64,000 nucleotides of DNA from Chrysomallon squamiferum. Its lineage: Eukaryota; Animalia; Mollusca. The stretch lies in NCBI GenBank assembly GCA_012295275.1, contig CM022672.1:16554001-16618000 (forward strand). The letters run 5' to 3'. Each line of letters begins with the position of its first letter. The stretch's first letter is position 1. Shown piece after piece: positions 42,672 through 58,448 of this stretch. The notes under the pieces were generated by a model. That model ran no database searches and was not told the origin of the DNA. It was given only the letters and a program-made list of their open reading frames with translations. A program made the translations under genes and the position numbers.

Positions 42672-45600
42672 TAAAATGCCTCAGCCATTTTCAATGGATA
42701 TAATTACTTGATTTAACTTAGTAACTGATATATATACTGCGAAAAAAAAAAAAACATATCATTATCAATGTTTACTTTATTTCCTTTTTCATAACAAACA
42801 TTTAAACTGAAAACACAAAATTAAATTATAAAACATTAAATGTATCAAACAGTTAAAAATTTCCTCACTGTAAGTGAAAGTCCTTTCTTGGCAGGTGCAT
42901 TAAGTTGACTTGGCTGCTGTACTAACTGAGCAGGCTGTGACTGCTGCAGCGAAGTTGGCTGCTGCTGTCTAACTTGTGTCTGAAGCACCATCACCTGGGG
43001 ACGGTTTGGCTGTTGCTGCTGCTGCTGCTGCTGCTGCTGGGAAGCTGTCTGTTGAGGTTGCAGTAAAGCTGCCTGTGACTGGCTACCTAACTGACCAATG
43101 GTCATCCCTGTTCTTATCTGTGATTGACCAAGCTGCTGTTGTAACTGCTCCTGCAAATTCTGTCGTGCTTGTTGTGTTGTTGAAGAGGATAAAACTGTTG
43201 CTAAGTGAATTTAAAAAAAATAAAAAATAAAAAAATAAAAAAATAAAAAAATATATAATTTATTAATTAAAAAAACCAGTCAATTTTAAATGAAGACCTT
43301 TCAAAATGATAACTATAGCAAACACAGATTTTATCATTTCATGAAAATAAATCTGTTTTCTTAATATTATCCTGAAATTCCAGGGAACTATTCCACTCAC
43401 CATCTAAATGCAAACTCTGGTTTACGGACACCTACATAATGTTTCATAATACTTTCAAACAAACCTTGAGAGACTTTAGTTACTGTTGGCTGTGTCGGTA
43501 GTCTGTTGGTGGATGCTGGTACATATGCAGGTGTTGGTGTGGATAATGAAGCACCACTTGTTACCATCACTGGTGTTGGTATTTTCTACACAATAAAATA
43601 AAACCATCAAAATATATCACAGGACAGACGTAATTCCACTAAAACATAGCATTATTTTATTATCCTTATGAAATTTTGCCAAATAAAAAGAAAACCAATG
43701 TCATATAAAATATATATGTCATTTGAAATTGAAATGTAAACACTTTATCCAAACACATTTATAGGTTTCACGTTTAAATAAAAAAAAAATTTGCATACTA
43801 TTTCATTTACTTATTGCTGAGATATTAAAATCTTTTGAATGAAATATATGCTTTTTAAAATTTCTTTTAAAATTTTTGTTGGTCTTGCACTATTTTATTA
43901 ATTTAGAACTGAGATATAAACACGAATATCTCAATAGACATACTGGAGTTGCTGGGGCTAGAAGACCAGCTGCATAATCAGGTGTGTATGAAGGGTTGGC
44001 TGTCGTAGTCAAACCAGCAGCAATGGCAGCCTCCTTTTCTTTTTTATGTTGTTCAATAGCTTCCATTTCTAAATAAGGAAAAAAAGAAAAAAGATAACAA
44101 ACAAAAGAAAATCCTTTTCATATTCAAGCTTATAATAAAAAAGTTTTTTACAGCAATGCTTTGGAATTTTTACTTTATTTTTTTTTACAAAAAAATACAA
44201 GTTAAATTAAAGATTTTTTTTCCACAGCATATCAATAACAAACAATAAATTTAACTCACCTGCAACTTTTCTTCGTCTTTTGGCCTCTTTTGATCCAACA
44301 GGCTGCTCAGTAATATCAAGAAACTGGAAATATACCATTAACAAATGCTACTAATGCTTGTCAAAATGCTTCATGCTCCTTAAATTTGAAATGTCAGTGT
44401 AGACGTGCTGAATGTTTTAAGGACAGGACTCCTCTGCTGTTCTCCTTTATATTTACTGTGATATATCAGTGAGCAGTAATTTTTAACATAGAACAGGGTC
44501 TCCAAAAGAAATTTTGCAAGGCAATACAGTAGAAAGCACTTACTCTCAAGGGGGGAGAATGGATGTTGCATGATTAATGTGAGGCCCTTCTTAGCTCTTG
44601 GCCCCAGAACAAATCACAGGCCCTGGTTCTAGCATACTACTCACTAACTCAAACTACAATAATACCTTGAGAGTTCTGTCCAATACAGACTTAATGATTA
44701 GTAGCAATACATTTTTTATATGCAACTTCCCACATTCAAAGCTGAAAAAAACTAAAGTTATGAAAACAAATAAAGAAAAAAACTAAATTAATTAATTTTA
44801 TTTTCTTACTTTTATTTTGCCTCCATCTTTCCGTGCTAAGTTAGAACGAAGTGGGGTTCCAGACAAAGGTGTGCCTCCTAGACGGCCGATAGATGTACTT
44901 GGTGAACGAAAACCTGGACTGCTGGATGGACTTCGATTTGACAGAAATTTCATTGGTGCTGTAATTGAATTAAAAAACCCTTCAGACATATGAAGAAAAC
45001 ACGGCATATTAGCTAAGGTGGTTCTAGATTTTAGAAATCAGGATTGTGCATTTTCTTTAGAGGATATAATTTTTAAGATGAAATTAATCTCACTTATAAA
45101 AAAAAAAAAAGAAAAAAAAAAGAAAAGACCCAGCAATTTGGCAGCATAGTACATCTGCTGGATGCAAATGCAAAGATCCTGTCATTCTTAGAATTCAAAA
45201 AGGATAAATTAAATATAATCTAGATATAAATAAACTTCTTTCTTTCTAACATTGTACTGAAAAATGTTTATAATTAAGATTAGAGATGAATATGGGGAAA
45301 GGATAATTTAAAAAAATAAAAAATTAATTATACTAACTTTCATCATCCATTTTCTTTGCAAAACTTCTCATTTTGATGGGACCAGCATTAGGCTGATTTT
45401 TCTTATTAGCAGCCACATCGGAAGCTGAAAAACAAACAACATTTCACATTATTAAAATATGTAAATTAATTTGCAAGCTATTATCTAATGTGTTTTCAAA
45501 AGATAAACAATTTTTAATTTTTGAAAAAATTCTTCTTCTTCTTTTGTTTTAATAATGAATAGAAATGAAGACAAACAAAAAAAAAGGACCCATTGTAAAA

Positions 45601-46079
45601 TATCCTTTCAAATGTAGATAAGTTATAAAAAGAAAAACCCATTTGTATGAAGTTGATCACAAACATTACACATTAAAAAGGTTTTAGAATAAAATAAAAA
45701 ATTAACAGTAATGAATGATTTGAATATTTGGCAGAAATAGATGAAAATATATTACAAAAGAATGTATGTGTCTGTTATTATACATACATTTTTGAAGAAG
45801 TTCTGCTCTTAGTGTGGCAGATTTAGGTTTTCTTTTCAAAGCAAAATGTTTCACTGGTTGTGGCATTTGTCCAGCAGTGTTAGCAAATGCAGTCTTGTTT
45901 AAAAACTGACATTCCATAGGCAGCATCTGTACATCAGCAGTTTTACGAACTAAAATTAAACAGAAACTCAATAAAATAAATTTATAAGATTTTATTTTCT
46001 TTCTGAAAGGTGTTACAAGAAATCATAAAACTGGTATGCTAGTTTCAATTTAGTTAATTAATAAAATATTCAACACACA

Positions 46080-46118
<39 letters not shown>

Positions 46119-47131
46119 TTTGACTGTTGATCTTTTAAGCAGCATTTCATATTGAGAAACAATATTTTGTATTAGAGACATGTGAAGAACATTAACTTAC
46201 CCATTTTTTTAAGGTCAGCCAAAACCTCAGCATACGTACTGCTCGTCAGTTCAAGTTCCAGACTAAGGCATCCTGTTTCTGGAAATGTTCGTAGGATTTC
46301 ACCAACCATAGATACCCAAGGATCTGTATCCTGAATTGCCATATGCAAAATTTCATCTAGGTCTGGCTTCCACTAAAATGAAAACACAGACGGAAAAAAA
46401 TAAGCTATTTCACACAAAGAAAAGTATACCCATATACCTGAAGCACTGAAAGATCCAGTTATTTAATCTGGAGCAATACATGTAAGTTATGAACCTATTT
46501 TTTTTTTTTTTCATATAATGATATAGTCATGTTTATTACTTAATAAAATTTATATGTAATGTAACAGAAGATAAAAAATTAGAAAAATAGATTATATTAT
46601 GGCTTATGACGAGTTTGCCCACTATCTGTCAGCAATGGCAACAATATCCACCACCCATTTATTTACACTGGCTGCCATGCCATTATTTTTCAAATTTTGG
46701 GGTCAGTAGTTCACATTTTTTGTCCTTAAACAAAACAGATGTAGGTGACGAATGTTACTTTTACAAATTACCCCCTCCAGTGTTTTGAAGGGACACAATC
46801 TGATTCCTCTGAAATTTGCTGCTAACTCATGATGCCCATGTAATCAAGGCTACTGCATGGCTAAATTATTGTGCATGAATTTCAATGATCACTACAAATT
46901 TTTTAACATGCAACTGTATAATAATTATGTTATGCTAGATAAATAAATAATTTTTTTAAATATTATCTTTGTCCTTCGAAAACAGATGTGTGCCTGAACC
47001 GCAAAATGTAAAAAATAATTATTATTAACACTGCATTGCCAACTCAATGTCATATTCTCATAAATATTCATTATCACACTGCGTGGCAATCTTTTACTTT
47101 CAAACCAATAAAAACAAACTCTTATTTCACC

Positions 47132-47186
<55 letters not shown>

Positions 47187-48673
47187 ATATATACAGATAT
47201 ATAATATATACAGACATTTATATATATTATTTTGTAATTGCAAATAAAATAAACTTGTTAACAGTTAATGCAATTGATGCAATTATTTACAGGAGTATTT
47301 TTGACAAACAAATAATTTGAGCACTGTTCAAAGTACTTCTGCCGTGAAAATATTCTGTACTGTAACTATCCCTTCTATTAACTTGCACCAGTTGTGCTGA
47401 TTCCTGCCATCCCTTTTACATATGCTGGGGAGACCACTGTATACATATACATATATATATGTGTGTGTGTGTGGTTGATTTCAGCTGTTACTATTTTAAC
47501 AGCTTTGAATATTAATACATTCAGAATTTTGGAATCTTGGGTTTAGAAGACAAAATTAACAAAATCATCTTTAGTAAACATAATCAATGACTTATGGATT
47601 GTATTTGTAAAATATAGTAAACTGTGGAAATGATCTTAATTAGTTAAAAAAAAAAAAAAAAAAAAATACTATTCTTCAGTTTCCTAACAAATTATGCTTT
47701 TGTTCAGTGTGAATACTAATATTGTATGTAATGTAGCATATACAAATTGAATAATAATATAAGGAACATAATCTTGTTTTCTTTCACACAATGATTTTGG
47801 AAAAGATCTGTTTATCCTTCATTAATAGCAAAGGCTAGTCACATATTATATATACAAAATAACTTGAAGGTAAATAGCCCATTAACTGACCATGTTCACC
47901 AAAATAGAATGACACTTTTGACAGAAACTAATAAGTCAGCTTCATTTGAGGTTTCACTGTCATCATCATTATTATTATTACTGTTTATTATCATATACTT
48001 TATATAATCATTAAATCTTTAAATGCACATATGCTGCAAATGTGCTAAAACTACTGTAAACATTTACAATATCATGAATATCACTGTCATGACACTCCAC
48101 ACAACACAATGCACAAGCATTTACAAATAACGTATAACTTATGAATACAGCAGCTGAACATTGTCTATCTGACCAGTTAAATTCCTCAAAACATGTTTAA
48201 CTAGCTAAAAATTGCATGGTTCATCATCATAATGATTCGTAGATTCATAGTGACAGTCTCATAGATGTTTTTTCAAACTAATCTGATGCTGAAATAGTTG
48301 TGATTTATTAAGGATGCATGATATATATAATATAGTCACTGTATAATTATTTATAATAATACACCATATGATGTTGTCACGATTCATGATACCAGAGTAA
48401 TAGTACATTTATCAGTTTCCTAGTACAAGAAATTGAATAACAACACTGATAATAAAAATTAATAATTACTTGATCGATGTTTCGCCTCAGAATATGAAGA
48501 AATGACAACAATAATTTGACTTTGACATGAGGCTGAAGTGTGTGAAAACATTCTTCGATACTTCGTAATCTTTCCTGTGATAACTGTGAACAAATTGTTC
48601 TTCCTGACCATAAATCGTCTGTAGAACCTAACTTGTTATGTAGCCACAGTGCCGTTGAGTCACTGGAGGCCAT
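41936..48673 (-). CDS. NELFA: Negative elongation factor A (WHSC2), 11 exons, ~564 aa
   Basis: Exons 48673-48470, 46372-46201, 45949-45788, 45424-45338, 44958-44810, 44323-44260, 44068-43944, 43585-43465, 43200-42869, 42599-42500, 42114-41936. Motifs: TALWLHNKLGSTDDLWS, VKVKLLLSFLH, DTDPWV, LPMECQFLNK, KHFALKRKPKSATLRAELLQK, TPDYAAGL, KKGLSLTREQMMEAQEMF, NKVTRPEKALILGFMAGSRDNPCP. Confidence 0.96.
47134..47184. repeat. (CA)n microsatellite
   Basis: Directly visible; source of the THTHTH/CVCVCV ORFs. Confidence 0.9.
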
Positions 48674-49074
48674 ATTGAAAAAGAATCGGGCAAAACCCTA
48701 TCATTAATCCGATTGGCTGTAAATGACATTTTAAGCACAGTTTCCTGTATTCCAGAACGATGTCTTTTTTTGAGCGATTGTTAAAAAATTTCATTTTTTA
48801 TTTTTTATTTTTATTTTATTTTTTATATCGTTATGATATATATTTAAAGTTTTAAAATTTGAAATTGACATTTAGAATGCTGTCTAAAAATATTCTTGTT
48901 TATAAAAATAGAATTATCATAAGGTGTTAATGTTATCAATAATAATATTGTCATGTGCTGCATCTAAATATAGCAAAACATATTCAATTTTAATATTACA
49001 GGGGTGGCTGCACGTCAGTTTTAGTAGACACATAATTTTGCTTTTATAGCAACAAATATAATTCAGGAATAAAA
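48674..49074. promoter_or_regulatory. Compact bidirectional promoter shared by NELFA and IDUA
   Basis: Only 401 bp between head-to-head ATGs; CCGATTGGCT (CCAAT box on the - strand) at about 48709-48718, CACGTCA (CRE-like) at 49011-49017, local CpG retention. Confidence 0.7.
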
Positions 49075-51024
49075 ATGCCAGTCTTAATGTTTTGCTTTTT
49101 GATTATTATTTTGTGTTTCCAAAACCTATACCTGTGGAATGGGTTTGGAGCATCGGTAATCGCATTCAGCAGCGTCATGGATTCTTTCACCGTACATGTG
49201 GATTCTGACAGTCAGTCAGATGATATGAGACATTTCTGGAGAAGTACAGGCTTTTGGTTAGTGGATTATGTATAATTTAATACACTGTCTAATGGTTCAA
49301 GTTCACTGATTGTCATAGACCCGAGTTCAATTTGGTCTTCAGCTATACGAATCTGTTTTCTACAAGAAAAATCCTAATTTGTTTTAAACAATTTTTTATT
49401 TTGAAATATTTTATTACGGTTGTACATATGTATATTATTATAGAAGAAGATTTTAATGAATATTTTGTTAAAATGTGTGGTTCTGCTGCTAAACCGACTC
49501 ACACTGGATTTACAGATTTATGAACCAGGGGAGATAATTCGATCTTGACTAATGGTTAACAGTTATTTGTGTGTATGTGTGTGTGTACATTAATGTTGAT
49601 CCTTGGGTTTGTGGGTGTCTAGGTAAATATTTGTCATTAATAAATTAATTAATACACAATCCAGTAGATTTAAGGCCAATGATTTTCCATTGATAGCTAT
49701 TAATATTAAAATAAAATAAAAAAGGATGTTACTGAACATACATATTCATTCATTCATTCATTCTGAAAAGAAAATGAGAATCTCAAAAATGTTAACACTA
49801 TAAAGTATCATTTGATATTCTAATTTCTTTTCTTCTCTTCATGATATAAAACATTTATGAAAGAATAATCATTGTGTATTTAAATGACCATTTCAGTCCA
49901 CCAGACCCTCATCAGAAATCTTTTAAATTTGATTTGAGTGGAGACATGAAACAAAATCTTGCATACATTGGTTCTATCCCCCACAGTGGAATGCAGCAAG
50001 TTCGAATCCATTGGCTGCTGGACCTTGTCACTGTGATTAGGTAAGTTAGTTTTTTGTGAGTTTTTATCATTAAATGGTATATAATAAGTGTCATGTAATT
50101 ATTATATGTATTTATGTGTGTGTCTGTGTGTGTGTGTGTGTGTGTGTCTGTGTGTGTTTTTGTTTGTGTTATTATTTATTTATTTATTTATCTGTTTTTG
50201 TTTTTACTCATTATATATCAGGGCCTGACCTAATTTCTTTGTTCTGTTCAAATGAGTATTCCTTGCTCTTGTTGTTTTTGAAAACTTAATTCAAAATGAC
50301 AGCCGTAAAATCTAATTCAAATAATCATTTGTTATTGTTGACTTTTTTTAAATTTATTTTTTAAAATATATTTGTGTTTTGTTTAAATTTAGAATGAGAA
50401 CAACCTGAAAACCAGTCAGATAATTCAGTAAAACCAACAACAGTGATTAATCAATATAATCTAATTTTGATGCTTTTCATATTTTCCATTTATTTACATT
50501 AGGTTTTTTTTTTTTTTTCAGATGGAATGGCAGTTATCCAATATATAATTTTAGCAAACTTGACAGTCTCATAGACTTGCTGTATGCAAATGGTCTTCAG
50601 CCAGGATTTGAAGTGATGGGAAATCCTTCTGGAATTTTCTCTGATTTTGATAACAAAACTCAAGTACATTTGTGGAAGCATCTCATCACAGAAGTTGCCA
50701 ATAATTACATCAGTAAGGCTATATTTGATCATTTTTTATTTTTTTTTTTTTTTAACTTTGTACTCAGTTCCCAGTTGTGAATTTTGGACACAGGAAGAGA
50801 ATATTTTTTATTAAATACTTAGCACAACTTGATTCAATGACATTGGATTTAGCAGATAAAAATGTTGGCAGTATAATTCCACAGAAGGATTATATTCAAA
50901 TATTATGTTGTTTTTAATCTTAGATATATATGGGCTTGGAACAGTGATGTCCTGGAATTTTGAAACATGGAATGAACCTGACTGCAGAGATTTTGACAAA
51001 GTCAGAATGACAGTTCAAGGTATA

Positions 51025-51076
<52 letters not shown>

Positions 51077-54000
51077 GGTCTTCTTTTTCTTCTTCTTATT
51101 ATAGTTATTATTTGTATTATTGTTGTTGTTATTGTTATTTTAGATCACTGCACAGTTTGTGAATTTTATTTTTGCCATAATGGTTTAATTTTCTTTTTCT
51201 TTTACTATTTAATCTCTGGTCACCAGTTTTATATTTTTATTTTAAATAGACATATATTTTCTTGTAAATAAGATATTTAATTTAATAAAACACTTTTAAA
51301 ATTTTTGCATTTTACTTTGAAATAAACAATTTTATTACTAATTTATTTGTTTTTTTTCATCATTCAAAATTGATGTAAAAACTTAACACATACAAAATGT
51401 ACTTTTTAGAGCCAAAAATAAGTCTTAAATTTAAGTTTTAAAATTTAATTATATATTTATTATATTAAACACTTTTTGCATTGTAACCTTTTAAATGAAT
51501 TCTGTTTATCTCAAGATTTGTACTAAATTTTCAGGGTTTCTGAATTATTATGATGCCACATCAGAAGGTTTAATAGCAGCTGATCCAACTTTACACTTTG
51601 GGGGACCTGCAGATGGGTGTGTCCATAGAGCTTATGCAGAAGCATTGTATAAACATGTTGTCAGTGGCATTAATTATTTCACTGGCAAAAAAGACGTTAG
51701 AATTGATTTTATTTCACTTCACATGAAGGTGATTGATGAGATACTATCTTTACTTTTTTGAACTGAAGAAATAATTTCCAAATGTCAGTGGTTGATGCCA
51801 GTGGATACTATATTTTTCTTGTTGTATTGTTAGGTATAGATACAATCCTGCAGCTGTTTAGTGCAGTTGAAGGTAGTGCTGATTTTCAGAACAGTTATCT
51901 GCTAGTTATGTTTTTCCTTGAACTAGCACAACAACATTATGTTTTTAAAATATTGTACTTCATACGTTTTGAATTTTTTGTCAGTTTATTCTCAGTGTTA
52001 TTATTTTACTCTGATGTATTTTTTATTACAAATACAAGGTCTGATCATAATGGATTGTTCTTTTTTTTTAAAGGGGCATGGAAGTTCTAGAGTTATTCTT
52101 CTTGAGGAAACTGTTGCTTGGAAACACATTGTGAAGAATTACCCATCACTCTCTCACAAACCTTTTTACAATGAGTAATATTACATAGTTCATCAGTTCA
52201 TTGATTACTCTTGTTTTTGAATATTAGCTGTTTACTTTTTTTTTTATTCTAGGCTTTTATATTCATTCATGCTTAAAAATGCTCTGCTTTTAACATCAAA
52301 TTTCAAGAAAAAAAAAAGAATTAAAATATTAATATTATTTTTGATGTTATTATAGAATAATATACATAAAAACTGAATTTAATTGCATTCCAGTTTGTAC
52401 TTAATTAATCACTGAAGTATTAAGAAAAAAAAAGAAAAAAAGAAAAACCACAAAGTTCATTAAAAACAATAAGAAAGATTATTTCTGAAAATGTTTTTAG
52501 AACCATTTTGTTTATGCTGCATAGAAATTTGAAAAATATTATTTTTGAATTTTTCTAGTGAAGCTGATCCACTGGTTGGTTGGTCCAAGAATGAAATCTG
52601 GCGATCTGACTCAACTTATGCTGCTATGGTTGTCAAGGTAACAAGAAATAAATATTAAAAATATTTATGCAGAGATCCAAACAGGGATGGGATTGGATTC
52701 CACTTTGACATATAACCTTACTTTTAGCTGACTGATGTTATTTTCTTTATAATCAAACTTAGTTCATCTTGAAAGTTATAACAGTGGCATCCATACTCCA
52801 ATCAAACTCCTATATCAGCCTTTTATATAAGAACAAATCAAAATTTATATATCAAAACTGCCATTATATTTTGTCTCATTATCTGTGGAGTGTGTTATTT
52901 ATATATGTTGTAAATTTGTTATAAACAGATTGTTATGGATGTATTATCAGATAGTATTATTATATCATAACTTTTAAGTTGTTGTTGTTGTTATTATTAT
53001 CAACATCATCATCATCATCATCATTATTATTATTATTACTATTATTATTATTGTTATTATTATTATTAGTAGTAGTAGTAGTAATAGTGGTAGGGGAAGC
53101 AATAGAAGTAGATCTTTATATTGTTCTACTATTATTAGAAATTATCATTATTACTGCTCTTGTAATAATAATAGTATTGATTTTATTAATCTTATTGTTT
53201 TGTTGTTGTTGTTGTTGCTGCTGTTGTTATTATTATCATTATCATTGTTATTATAGATAATCACACAACATCAAAATCTTATCATTGCAAATTCAAAGCA
53301 GCCAATACAAAATTATACGTTGCTTAGCAATGATAATGGTTTCCTTAGCTACCATCCACATGAGTTCACACAACGTACACTACTAGCCAGGTTTCAAATG
53401 AACACAACTGTTCCACCTCATGTCCAGTTTATAAGAAAACCAGTCTACACTGTAATGGGTTTTCTGTCAAAACTTGGTGAGAGGCAGTTACAAGTTGAAA
53501 TTTCAGGTACTGCTTTTATCTTGCTCTCTGTGTATATAAAAAAAATTTGATTGCTATGTAAATTTTGTATGGCTTTAAGAATTTTTTTTACTTGTTTTAG
53601 TGTTTCTTTGGTTGTTCAAAATTATGTGGAAATACATTTTGTACAGTTTCATCTTAATGTTTATTAATTTCTTGTTAATATAAATCTTAAATGATATGAA
53701 CCTTGTTAACATGAACATTACATGATACAAACCTTATTAATGTGAAAATTAAATGATACAAACCTTATTAAGGTGAACATTAAATGATATAAATGTTGTT
53801 AATGTGAACTTTAAATGATACAGTTCTTGCTAACATGAAGATTAAATAACACAAATCTTATTAATGTGACCCTTTAATGATACAAATCTGATTAATGTGA
53901 ACCATAAATAATATGAATCTTGTTAATGTAAAACTCAAATGATATAAATCTCATTAATGTGAATCTTAAATGATACACATTTTGTTAAAATAAACCTTAA

Positions 54001-57000
54001 ATCATACAAATCTTGTTAATCTAAACCTTAAATGATACAAATCTTGTTAATCTAAACCTTGAATGATACAAATCTTGTTTATATGAACCTTAAATGATAC
54101 AAATCTTGTTAATATGAACCTTAAATGATACAAATCTTGTTAATCTAAACCTTGAATGATGCAAATCTTGTTTATATGAACCTTAAATGATACAAACAAA
54201 ATTACATACTTGATGTTTATTATTTTTTTTTTCTCTTGACATCAGCTGCAGCTAATAAAGATGACTTCAAAAAGACATGCAGAATAAAAAATCCCAGTGA
54301 TTAACTTGTTTTATCAACATCCTCATCATCATTAGTGTTGTTATTATTATTACAGATACCAGCGGAAAGCAAGTAAAAAATGACAGCCATTTTGGTGTGT
54401 TAGCCACTGTTCACCTGACTGATGGATCATCTGATGCAGACAGGTTATCTTTTTTTAATTTCTGTCTACAAATTTAGTTTAAATATGCTAACTAATTATG
54501 TTAATTAATTATTATTATCAGTTCTTTTCTTACTAAAGCAGAACACGTAAGAAGTAGTATCAGTTTTTTATCTCTCTCTCCACATTTAGTTTGAATATGT
54601 AATTAATGATAATTATTTTTATTATTTTAGCAAAAAAAAGATATAAGAAGCAATATTTCTTAATGCTATATGCAAATTTTGTTTGAATGTTTAAAATTAA
54701 TAAAAGTTTGATTGTATATTTTTAACTATATGAATTTTATATATTATTATTTTCTATCAGAAGATATTTGATTTTTGTAAATTAATTTTATGGTCACAGG
54801 TATTTGTGAAATAACAAAAGAAGGAAAAAGAATTTGATTTAATTATACTGTAAACATACTTACAGTTTGTGATTATTTTGCCAGTGATAAGTATGATTAG
54901 GAATAATACAGATAAGTAGAAATGAAACCTTGCTCGTTCTATGCAAATGGCTTCTCATTTGATTCCCAGAAAGAATTCTTAAATATACTCTTTTCCATAT
55001 CGTGAAAATACTTTATCACTGGTAGATACTGGAAATACAACCATATGGTTCACTGAACAATACTCACAATTCAACTTACAATTCCTGAGCCTTGCTATTT
55101 AACCACATAAGTTAATTCATTTTATTGAAACAATCTTGTTGGAGGCTAATTAGAGAAATAATTTTGTTTTAGTTGGCAGGTGGCCATTTTGATTTATAAC
55201 AGTAATGACACCAAACGTTTAAAACAGAATGCTGAAGTAACACTTAACTTGATTATGAATCCACCAAACAGTACAGGTGAATAAAACTACTTATATAAAT
55301 GCAAATATAAGAAAAAATAAATATTTGATTTCTTAATCAATATTTAAAAATATTCTTTTATTTTGAAGGAAGGTTATGAACAGATCGATTTTTATTTTAA
55401 CATATAAAGTTCTTTTTTAAGTTAAAATGTACTATAAAAAAAAAAGAAAGAAAAAGCGTTCTCTCTGGAAAATGGAACTGGTATTAAATTAATAGAATTT
55501 TATAGAAATTTATCTTTTTTCCATAGTGATAAATGTGTAATTGACAGCCTGAAAACAATTGATGAATTAATTAAATACTAACTTAAATCATGTAATTAAA
55601 AAAGACATCTATGATATGATGTACAAAATGAGAAGGAAAAGAAAAGTGTATAAATAAATAAATAAAAGAAAAAAGAAAAAATATCTTTACTGAAACAATA
55701 AATATATATATATATTTTTTTGATGAAGAAGAATTAGTTTACAAAATCATCAAAATACATGTAAATAATTCTGGATCAGACTGATTAATCTGCAGTTGTC
55801 AAACATTAAAAATTATTATGAAATGAAATATCTATATTTGTTCTTCAGAAATGATGATTGCCAGTTACACAGTTAATCAAGCAGATGTGAATCCATTTGC
55901 TATCTGGTTATCTCAGGGAAAACCAAATTACCCATCACGAAAACAGTTTGAAGAAATGAGAAAACATGAGGTATGCCAAACTTCATTTTTATCTTTCCTG
56001 GAACAACCTCCATTCAAAAGTAATTGGAAAGAATTTAGATATATATTAATGTAGAGAGAACGTTCTAAATTTTTAAAAATTATTTTTCAAAATCATTATC
56101 ATCATCATCATTATAACAGTTATTAAAAAGAAAAATAGAAAATAGAAAAGGTATTTTTTTCTGTTTTTATATATATATATATATATATATACATATAGAT
56201 ATATACAGTGGTACCTCAACTTACGAGTACCCCAACTTACGAGTTTTTCAAGTTTACTTGCCCAGTAGATTTTTTGCTTTGAGTATACAAGCCAAAATCC
56301 AAGTTATGAGCGAGTTTCAGATACACTGCCACTATTTGGTGCAATGAACAACATAACATCTGGCCAGCAACCTGCATGTCATTCATTTACTTCACGTGAT
56401 TACTGCAGAAGGATCTCTGTTGTGTTGTGCTCGTGTTTTGTGCAGTATCTCCAAATTTCTTTTTTCTGGTCATGGATCCTGAAGTGCAAAGAACAGTGCT
56501 GAGAAGAAAAGCAGATGATGTCCATTGAATTAAAGCTTGAATTCATAGAAAAACACAAGGGAAGTGTGCATGTAGTCGACTTGGCTAGGCAGTGAGAGCA
56601 TAGTACTTTTACGATATGTACCATACTGAAGCAGGAGGAGTTGATAAAGGCTATAACTGCAGCCAAAGGCATTAAAATAATTTGTCTGATCTCCAAGATA
56701 AATACACTTTACAAAACCAATTTATTTCTTTACATTCTCTTTATTTTATTTTTATACAATATTTGTCATTTATAAATACATTTTTCTTATTTAAATGAAT
56801 ACACAAAAAATTGGGGTGGTTTTTGAGGGCCTGGAACAAATCAATGGTATTTCAATTAATTTCAGTAGGGAAAATTGATTTGATATATGAGCAAATTGAG
56901 ATACGAGCTAGGTCATGGAACGAATTAAACTCGTAAGTCAAGGTACCACTGTATATATATATAATTTTTTTTTTTTTTTTTTTTTTAATAGAATCCACAC

Positions 57001-57725
57001 TTGTTTGATCTTCATCCTGTAAAACCAGGACATATTACGTTATCAAACCTTTCCATGGTGGAATCTGCTGTTACTCTTCTTCATATATGTGCCAAACCTA
57101 ATGGCCAACCTGATCAGGTTACTGCTTAAATTATTTCAGGAACAAAAGATGGAAAAAAATAAGAACAAATTTAATTTTGTATAATGTTAGTACCTGAAAA
57201 GAAAACCCACTCAGTCATTAGACTACTCTTTGCAGTAAGGAATGTTTGATGTGCACCTTCTTATAGACAGTAAAATACTTCAATATAATTAACCAAAACA
57301 TCTACAGTCATGTACATTAGACTGTTCATCTGTAAAACCTGGTACCATGCAATAAATTGAATAATTATTCAATGTATTAACATATTAATAAATACTGAAT
57401 ACAATTTTACTTTTACATGAATGAAAATTAAAGTTCATGAGAATGTAATCATGTGATTGTTATCTTTTGCTTGTTTTAGGTTCCAGACATAAACATCTCT
57501 AATATCACTACAGGGCAAGTTCTGATCACTTGGTCTGATAAATGTGTACATTCAAAGTAAGTTCTTGTTCTGATATTTTGGTTATAATATTTTACATTAG
57601 TACTAATGTTATTATGAAACTGTAATTATAAGTATCTTTGTTATAAAATTCTGTAGAGAGACATTTCTAGTCCTCTGATTGGATTGGGATATAGTATGTC
57701 TGGAGCACTGAACAAAAGCAATGAT

Positions 57726-57762
<37 letters not shown>

Positions 57763-58403
57763 GATATATATATGCTCACACACATACATACATATATATA
57801 TGTGTGTGTTGTGTGTGTGAGTGTGTGCATACCTACATATCTTTGTGAAGTGTAACATTCCTATTGCAGTCATATAATTTTTTTTATTTTACAGGTGTCT
57901 TTTAAGATATGAAGTAGAATTCAGTTCTAAGTCATCTAGTGGCCCCTACAAAAGAATCAATGATGAAGATTCATATTTTCCAGTCTTTGTTTATTCACCT
58001 TTTCCTGAAGGTAACTTTTCTCTAATTAACATGTTTAAGACTGATTCTGAATCAAAAGTTCTTTTGTACATCATGAGGCTAGGATTATGACCTCTCGTAC
58101 TAGCTGTTATTCTTTGTTATTTCACTAGAGTAATGAATGAAGATTTAATCTGTAAATTTTTCATTAATACTGGAATTTTAACATCAAACAGTATGATAAT
58201 AAATAATCTTAAAATTGATACGAAATTCTGTAGCATATTTTCGAAATACTCTAATGTTGCTCGCGTTCATTTATTCTTTTAAATTTCTACTCGTTTTCTT
58301 TAGAGTATTGCCTAAGTTTGATATTTTATAATGATTATTATTATTTATTTTGTCTGTTACGTTTCTTTTAAACATAGCTTTTCTTTTTAACAATAATACA
58401 AAA

Positions 58404-58448
<45 letters not shown>

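Noticed and set aside
44494-44625. Possible second hAT MITE (CAGGGTCT...AGGCCCTG) in a NELFA intron
   Set aside because: Very short inverted ends and no matching 8-bp target-site duplication; probably a relic but not supportable.
49285-49340. tRNA-like A-box/B-box fragments (also near 2560-2640)
   Set aside because: No cloverleaf can be built; at most a decayed SINE head.
53670-54196. Regular 31-bp repeats resembling a CRISPR array
   Set aside because: Head-to-tail units with no unique spacers, inside a eukaryotic intron, no cas genes: a minisatellite.
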